Of a stretch of DNA of 5,477 bases, positions 1 through 5,477 are shown one piece after another. How positions within the stretch are numbered: the stretch's first letter is position 1; every line of letters starts with the position of its first letter. Below the pieces are notes generated by a model. The model saw only the letters and a program-made list of their open reading frames with translations, made no database searches and was not told the DNA's origin. This DNA is from Octopus sinensis (taxonomy: Eukaryota): assembly GCF_006345805.1 (NCBI RefSeq), contig NW_021830111.1:1-5477 (forward strand), given 5' to 3'. The position numbers were made by a program, and so were the translations under genes.

Positions 1-60
1 TATATAAGCATTGTGAGAATTAAAGTGTGACATATACAAATACACAGAGGTACCAAAACC

Positions 61-62
<2 letters not shown>

Positions 63-117
<55 letters not shown>
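63..117. repeat. Perfect (CA)n microsatellite, ~27 units
   Basis: Uninterrupted cacaca... from 63 to 117. It produces the HTHTHT and VCVCVC artefact ORFs. Confidence 0.98.
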
Positions 118-120
<3 letters not shown>

Positions 121-148
121 CCCACAAGCAATCATCACAAAAATCTAC

Positions 149-354
149 GTATTTGTATATGTGTATACTTATGTATGTATATATGTGTGTCTGTATGCAT
201 ATATATATATACACGCTCGCACACACACACACACACACACACGCACACATACACGCATATATATATTATACGTCTATATGTATATATACACATATGTGTG
301 TATATATATATATTTATACATATATATATATATGTATGTATATATATATATATA
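149..354. repeat. Compound/degenerate microsatellite (TATG, TA, TG, CA)
   Basis: Alternating short TA, TG and TATG runs with a (CA) run at ~220-242. It ends in (TA)n abutting the SINE 3' end. Confidence 0.92.
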
Positions 355-767
355 CTCTCTTTTCTCTCTTTTACTTGTTTCAGTCATTTGACTGCGGCCA
401 TGCTGGAGCACCGCCTTTAATCGAGCAACTCGACCCCGGGACTTATTCTTTTATAAGCCCAGTACTTATTCTATCGGTCTCTTTTGCCGAACCGCTAAGT
501 AACGGGGACATAAACACACCAGTATCGGTTGTCAAGCAATGCTAGGAGGGCAAACACAGACACACAAGCACGCAGACGCATATATATATATATAGACATA
601 TATACGACGGGCTTCTTTCAGTTTCCGTCTGCCAAATCCACTCACAAGGCTTTGGTCGGCCCGAAGCTATAATAGAAGACACTTGCCCAAGGTGCCACGC
701 AGTGGAACTGAACCAGGAACCATGTGGTTGGTAAACAAGCTACTTACCACACAGTCACTCCTGCGCC
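355..767 (-). mobile_element. Full-length tRNA-derived SINE (octopus-type, CORE-like central motif, internal microsatellite)
   Basis: The minus strand begins GGCGCAGGAGTGACTGTGTGGTAAG at 767. Seen in order: A-box-like TGACTGTGTGG (757-747), B-box-like GGTTCAGTTCC (714-704), GGCACCTTGGGCAAGTGTCTT (696-676, resembling the CORE/MIR motif GACCTTGGGCAAGTCACTT), an internal TA/TG tract (604-552), a GC-richer 3' body and a tail ...CAGTCAAATGACTGAAACAAGT(AAAAGAGAG)x2. It is flanked by (TA)n on both sides. I recognise the sequence from memory as an abundant Octopus SINE; the exact family name is not verified. Confidence 0.9.
704..757 (-). promoter_or_regulatory. Internal RNA polymerase III type-2 promoter (A and B boxes) of the SINE
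   Basis: TGACTGTGTGG compared with the A-box consensus TRGCNNAGYGG, and GGTTCAGTTCC compared with the B-box consensus GGTTCRANNCC. The two are 32 nt apart, which is tRNA-like spacing. Both deviate from consensus, so activity is unknown. Confidence 0.7.
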
Positions 768-813
768 TATATATATATATAATGTATCCATCAGATACAC
801 AAGCTTGACAATT

Positions 814-815
<2 letters not shown>

Positions 816-857
<42 letters not shown>
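816..857. repeat. Perfect (TA)n microsatellite, ~21 units
   Basis: Uninterrupted tata... 816-857. Confidence 0.97.
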
Positions 858-859
<2 letters not shown>

Positions 860-870
860 ATAGCGGGACA

Positions 871-975
871 TAAATAAATAGATAGACAGACAGACAAGAC
901 AAATAGAGGACTGATAGATCATGATACATACATACATATACATAGACATATATCTACACATATATATAGACATAT
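871..975. repeat. Degenerate tetranucleotide/dinucleotide low-complexity tract (TAAA, TAGA, CAGA, TACA, TA)
   Basis: taaataaatagatagacagacagac followed by atacatacatacatatacatagacatatat. Confidence 0.8.
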
Positions 976-1438
976 TTAAGCATGGATATATGCATGTTTA
1001 AATACATACATTAATTAAATAGAAATAGAGAGACGGGAATATTTAGCATATACTTTCGGCGTCGGCATTTCTATAACTGTGGTCTTGTGTTAGCACACGA
1101 TACAACGACCTTTGTGATAAGTATAAGAAAAGCGACCGATTTCCAATTTGAAAAGCATAAAGCATTATTCTAAAATATTCACACGACACAGTTATATGAT
1201 AGATTTTTTTGAATTTCTTCTCAAAATATCTCCCCCCCCCCCGCTAACAAGCATCTTTACAAGCTTTTTATCCACGAGAAAAAAGAAACGGATTTATAGT
1301 TGTTTTTCTTACACCGATAGTCTTATCTTAAATAATAACTGTTTTGAATCACAGTGAAAAATTTTATATATTCATATAACTAACGTTTGGGCAAACGGTT
1401 CTTTTTCGCAACAATAACAATATTGTAACCAGCCATTC

Positions 1439-1800
1439 AGTGCTAATAACAAGAAGACTACGCTCCCGCAAACAAACAAATGTAATGTCACTGAATTATG
1501 GCCTGGCGTTGGCAAATGTAATTATGAAGCGATTGTTTACCGAGCTTTCAAGGCTTAGAGAAGCCTAAATTATTCATAGGAATATATGAAGGACATTTTA
1601 AGAAAAGTCATATGGATCGCAAATAGACCTTTCAAATATCAACAAGATTTTAGCATACAATATTTGATTAATACGTTAAGATCAAAATCATTTTCTCGTC
1701 TCTATAACGAGGAAAATTCTAAATATTAACAGAAACAAATAAAATTTTAAATAAAGAGTTGAACTAATGTCAAATGTTGTTATTAGAGTAAATTTTAAAT
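1439..1800 (+). mobile_element. Decayed Penelope-like element relic A (linker + GIY-YIG endonuclease region, frameshifted)
   Basis: Manual translation gives collinear motifs across frames. Frame +2 1439-1546: SANNKKTTLPQTNKCNVTELWPGVGKCNYEAIVYRA. Frame +1 1549-1632: QGLEKPKLFIGIYEGHFKKSHMDRK*TF. Frame +3 1704-1721: ITRKIL. Frame +1 1768-1797: CQMLLLE*IL. These match, in order, the PLE C-terminal pattern as I recall it: HNKK..CNC..CPLxGxC..IVYxA..YIGxTExxFKxR..H..SF..IxWxIL..CxLCLxEK. The 5' edge may extend to ~1277 (weak). Confidence 0.72.
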
Positions 1801-1826
1801 TAGTTATTTTAATAAAACCCTCCAAC

Positions 1827-1853
1827 TATATATATATACATATAGATATATAT
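1827..1853. repeat. Imperfect (TA)n tract between the two Penelope-like relics
   Basis: tatatatatatacatatagatatatat. Confidence 0.9.
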
Positions 1854-1866
1854 CTCATCCTGGTAG

Positions 1867-2247
1867 AAATTTAGCAAATCTAAAACACAGATTAAGCCAC
1901 TCAGTATGGTGAATCCAAGACCAATTATAACTGGAATGACAGGACTACTACTACACAAACCCCGGTCACCAGCAACGGCTACAAATAAGTGCTCCTGCAG
2001 GGATGAATTTAATTGCCCATTGGATGATCTTTGCATGACTTATAACATCCTCTATAAATGCACTGTGCACACTAGGAGAGACACCTAAGTATTATTATTC
2101 TATCGTCCAATCGTTCCGAAGTTCTCACTGCAAACTGTTCTTGTCTGAAAATTGCATTCAAGTATAATAATTTGAACAACTTGGTATTTAGTCTCCTGAA
2201 ATTTTATTCACAATAAATGTCCACTCTTCTTATGCACTAAGTTCTGC
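1867..2247 (+). mobile_element. Decayed Penelope-like element relic B (Cys-rich linker + start of GIY-YIG endonuclease)
   Basis: Frame +1 1867-2088 is open: KFSKSKTQIKPLSMVNPRPIITGMTGLLL...KCSCRDEFNCPLDDLCMTYNILYKCTV. It contains an intact CxCx5Cx5C followed by ILYK (GIY-equivalent position). After a frameshift comes GETPKYYYS (2075-2101), and later KCPLFLCTKF (2215-2244), which resembles CxLCLxEKF. This includes supplied ORF 1906..2088. Confidence 0.78.
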
Positions 2248-2425
2248 GGCACCAGCTCTGAATGTGTAATCGATAGCTTTGACATGAATATTGAATAAGC
2301 TTGATACTTAAAACGAAAGCTATCCGAAAGCAAACTAAGGTTGTTTATAAATTAGAGTGACACAACGCCCCGCATCGTTTTATGCACATATGTATGCCCA
2401 TATATTACACACCTGCATGAATGCC

Positions 2426-2428
2426 TGT

Positions 2429-2474
<46 letters not shown>
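2426..2474. repeat. (TG)n microsatellite, ~20 perfect units (2434-2473)
   Basis: Direct reading. Confidence 0.97.
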
Positions 2475-2478
<4 letters not shown>

Positions 2479-3020
2479 ATATTAAATGTGATCTTGGAAC
2501 CTAATGGTCGACCAGCTATAGCACTTACCCAGCGTACCTATTCGTACAGATCACAAGTGAGCTAAATCCTCATATTCTTTATATATATATATTAACAGAA
2601 AGGGATGAATTTCGATTACCCCCATGTGGTGAGTTGAAATATATATAAGAAATTAAAGAAGGAAAATGCACACCCTTTACATAGTTTTAATATAATTTTT
2701 AACATCTCTTGAATTGTGTTTGTCGACCGGTTTCGCTTTCGTTATTCATAACTTTAAAATTTATTTAAATATGTATTTTCTGGAATGATAGCGTGGTGTT
2801 AACTGGTCAATGTGGATTATAGAAGTTCGATATTGTTTTTACAGGGTGGTAATATTTGAAGGTGGCTTTCATGGCATGTAAACAACATGTAATCCGCTCA
2901 GTAATCAACAGATTTGTGATGCTTTTGCAGCTCTAATGAAAAGAGTATGTTACTCAACCTTCTCGAGTACTATTCTTTCCAACTCGTTTTGCATTTATGT
3001 ACTTACTCGTGTATATAATA

Positions 3021-3355
3021 TATATGCATGTGTGTATTTATGTATGTATGTAACGTACGCACGTATGTATGTATGTATTTATATATGTATGTATGCATGT
3101 ATGTATGTATGCATGTATGTATGTATGTATGTATGTATGTTGCATGTATGTATGCATGTATGCATGTATGTATGTATGTATGCATGTATGTATGTATGTA
3201 TGTATGTATGTATGTATGTAGTATGTATGTATGTATGTAACGTACGCACGTATGTATGTATGTATTTATATATGTATGTATGCATGTATGCATGTATGCA
3301 TGTATGTATGTATGTATGTAACGTACGCATGTATGTATGTATGTATGTATGTATA
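3021..3355. repeat. (TATG)n tetranucleotide satellite with CATG variants and higher-order duplication
   Basis: About 335 bp of tatg/catg units, with the marker taacgtacgc at 3051, 3238 and 3319. It is the source of the MYVC and HTYI artefact ORFs. Confidence 0.96.
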
Positions 3356-3711
3356 GATCCACTTGGTTGCTAAGGATGCCTCTTAGACATACAGTTATGC
3401 TTGGACCTGTGGTGAATATATTTGTGTCTCCGTAAGTGTATTTGTACATGTACTCAACTTAGGTATATGTAAGAAAGAATGAAGTGGGAAGCGCCCTTGC
3501 AACATTTATGCTTTTCTTAATTGCCTTTGTCCACGTTAAGTGAGACAGCTCCAACTGGGAATGGAAACTGTGTCGGCTAACTCGGTTCATCGAGATCTTA
3601 ACCAGCCGTCACACTTGAACATTTAACTAGTGATGACCTCGTCACTCACTGAGAAATGAATCGTGTCATTGGGTGCAGGTCCCGCACCGAAATAGGTTGC
3701 GTTTGGTATGA

Positions 3712-4012
3712 AAGAGAGAGAGAGAGAGAGAGGAGGGTGGGAGACAAAGTGGTGTAAGAAAGAGAGAAGAAATGGGGGAAGAGTGGTGGGTGTAGAGAAA
3801 GAGAGGAACTGCAATGTAGGAAAGAAAACGGGGAGAGGCAGAGAGGTGGAAAGGAATATAGAAAAGGAGTAAGCGAGAAAGAGAGAGAGAGAGAGGGGGG
3901 TGTTAAGAGACGCAACAGAGATTGGTTAAAGAGAGAGTTGGATAAAAACAGAAAAAGAAAATCAATGACGTGTCAGAGAGCAGGTAGTGCATAGACAAAG
4001 AGACAGAATGCA

Positions 4013-4014
<2 letters not shown>
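3712..4014. repeat. GA-rich (polypurine) low-complexity tract with (GA)n runs
   Basis: (GA)n at ~3712-3731 and ~3881-3896, within a strongly purine-biased plus strand. Confidence 0.85.
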
Positions 4015-4069
<55 letters not shown>

Positions 4070-4121
4070 GCATACATACATATACACATACATACATGCA
4101 TACATATATATATATATCTAT

Positions 4122-4178
<57 letters not shown>
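4015..4178. repeat. Compound (AT)n microsatellite block, including (AT)24 at 4015-4062
   Basis: Several perfect AT runs separated by short CATA-type interruptions. Confidence 0.97.
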
Positions 4179-4292
4179 GGAGAGAGTGATACAGTGAAAG
4201 CAAGAAAAAGGAGCAAAGAGAGAGTGGGATACCTCAGAGAGAGAGAGAAAGAGAGAATGGATGCCTGAGATAGAGTGAGAGAGAGGTAAAAA
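4179..4292. repeat. Continuation of GA-rich low-complexity tract
   Basis: Purine-rich. It includes two loose ~30 bp units starting ggatacctcagagag (4227) and ggatgcctgagatag (4259). Confidence 0.75.
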
Positions 4293-4770
4293 GAACTGGG
4301 TGATAGAACCTGAAACATCATCCATTTTCTGTGTGGAATCTCACTGGAACGAAACGTGCCATCTCTATATATATATTTATATATTTATTTTGCAATTTCG
4401 TTTAGTTTCGCATGTTGTTGATGTTATTGCTGGTATTTCTTGTATTTGTCTATTTTTGTGTTTTGCTGTATTTTAAAAAAAATTCCTTTTTCTGTCATTT
4501 TCTCATCCATTTCGGATTTGTTTAGAAGAAATAAAAAATTTAACCATTTACATTACGGAGGCGTGTTTCTTTTTGCTCTCGTTATTATTTTTGTTACTAT
4601 TGTTGTTTATTATACTGCCGTTGATGAGACTGCTTTCAATGTTCTTGTTTAAATCCCAGGTCGTCTCTAATCCAGCCAAGCTACAAGGTAAACATATTCC
4701 AACCATTATTTACATATTTCCATATTTAGTTTCTTTTTATTTTGCATATCAACGACTGCATCATCTAAAG

Positions 4771-5107
4771 CAGGGGTTCTTCAAACATTTTTCGTCTGTG
4801 GATTACTATTTCATTATGGCGGGCCCCCATAACCATTCGATGTTTAAAAGCTAGTTTTATAGAAACATCATCCAAAATTCCTAATTTGATTTTCACACAT
4901 AAATTTGTGAATGAAGAACTATGTAAAATGTGAGGGAAAGAAACCTACCTAGTTGTTTCTTGCAATATGTACCAATATACATTTTTAAAGCAGAATATTT
5001 TCAGAGGCCCTTAAAATATTATTGTAGACAGTTTACTATTTAGTAGCATGGACCCATAAATCTTATATGGACTCTCAACAGCCATATGAATCCCGGTAGA
5101 GAACCAC
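4771..5107. mobile_element. Non-autonomous hAT-type DNA transposon (MITE), decayed
   Basis: The left end is CAGGGGTTCTTCAAAC. The right end GGTAGAGAACCAC (5095-5107) reverse-complements to GTGGTTCTCTACC. Both match the hAT/Charlie-type TIR CAGKGGTTCTCAACC. The preceding 8-mer ATCTAAAG (4763-4770) fits the NTCTARAN-type target. Subterminal ATGGACCC-like repeats lie at ~5048, ~5067 and ~5086. There is no transposase ORF. Confidence 0.75.
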
Positions 5108-5477
5108 AAAGTGTCCTTCTTTTGAAAAAAAATGGGTGTCATTTGAAAGAGATTTTGCTGCTGTTTGTTTTCTCATGGGCATTTCGCTGTTTCTTAAAGG
5201 AAATTCCTTAACCAGTTGCTATTGACTTATAAATTGAGAAAGGCTTTTAAAGCAAAAAAATGTGTTCCTGTTGCAGAAGATAGCAGAAAAGGGGGGGAAT
5301 CTGATTTCAGATTAGATTATTGATCCATTAAATATTACATATTTGAATTGATCTTGTATCTGTTGGTGGTAGTGAGATGACAGAGGAAGTTTAATGATGG
5401 ATAAAGAAATCTTTAGAAACTCAGGTGAAAGTGTTACACAAACGCACAAACAGAAGAACAAATGCACGCACACATAC

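Noticed and set aside
704-767. tRNA gene
   Set aside because: It has A/B boxes but no complete cloverleaf, and it continues into SINE body sequence. It is a tRNA-derived SINE head.
27-973. Supplied ORFs 27..545, 62..250, 161..391, 175..420, 667..897, 744..929 and 791..973
   Set aside because: They are HT/YI/VC dipeptide runs from microsatellites that lack stop codons. Their non-repetitive ends are read-through into the SINE.
1148-1438. ORF with YMIDFF (possible RT YxDD relic) and RKKKRI...LILNNNCF (possible upstream PLE linker)
   Set aside because: The resemblance is too weak. A YxDD motif would be expected much further upstream of the linker, and the ORF includes a C11 homopolymer (1232-1242). 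It is left only as a possible 5' extension of relic A.
2936-3449. Long ORFs on both strands (145 aa and 148 aa)
   Set aside because: They are translations of the (TATG)n array (MYVC and HTYI repeats), with no domain content.
3585-3599. VHRDL kinase-like catalytic-loop peptide
   Set aside because: It is followed by NQPSHLNI* rather than KxxN, sits in a 21-codon frame, and has no other kinase motifs or supporting splice sites.
3629-3652. Hairpin AGTGA-TGAC-ctc-GTCA-c-TCACT containing a C-box-like GTGATGA and a nearby CTGA
   Set aside because: The C and D boxes are far too close for a C/D snoRNA and there is no downstream D box. A single short hairpin is expected by chance.
3623-4325. Minus-strand Leu/Ser/Phe-rich ORFs
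   Set aside because: They are artefacts of the TC-rich complement of the GA tract and of (AT)n.
4440-4854. Hydrophobic ORFs resembling membrane peptides
   Set aside because: The hydrophobicity follows from T-rich low-complexity DNA (ttg/tta-type decay). The second ORF runs into the hAT MITE, and the first starts at a non-ATG codon.
5120-5416. Possible further interspersed repeat, ending in a decayed second-family SINE head (ggtagtgagatgacaga, 5368-5384)
   Set aside because: This rests only on vague recollection of octopus repeats. No B box, TIR or TSD can be shown from the sequence, so it needs a RepeatMasker or BLASTN check.
1-5477. CRISPR array, prokaryotic operon or defence system
   Set aside because: There are no repeat-spacer arrays, no closely packed genes and no ribosome-binding-site pattern. 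The composition and SINE content indicate animal nuclear DNA.

Overview
This is AT-rich, microsatellite-dense, non-coding animal DNA (intron or intergenic), most likely from an octopus or another coleoid cephalopod. The taxon call rests on recognising the SINE family from memory. I cannot support any intact host gene. Nearly all supplied ORFs are translation artefacts of (CA)n, (TA)n, (TATG)n or GA-rich repeats. The supportable structure is: (1) a full-length tRNA-derived SINE on the minus strand (355-767), with pol III A/B boxes, a CORE-like motif, an internal microsatellite and a hairpin tail, sitting in (TA)n on both sides; (2) two mutually diverged, head-to-tail, decayed relics of the Cys-linker plus GIY-YIG endonuclease end of Penelope-like retroelements (~1439-1800 and ~1867-2247), separated by a TA tract and mostly invisible in the ORF track; (3) a ~337 bp hAT-type non-autonomous element (4771-5107); (4) many simple repeats, one with an exact higher-order duplication. 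I found no convincing novel biological system. The Penelope-like pair is the most interesting observation. The other findings are low-confidence leads.
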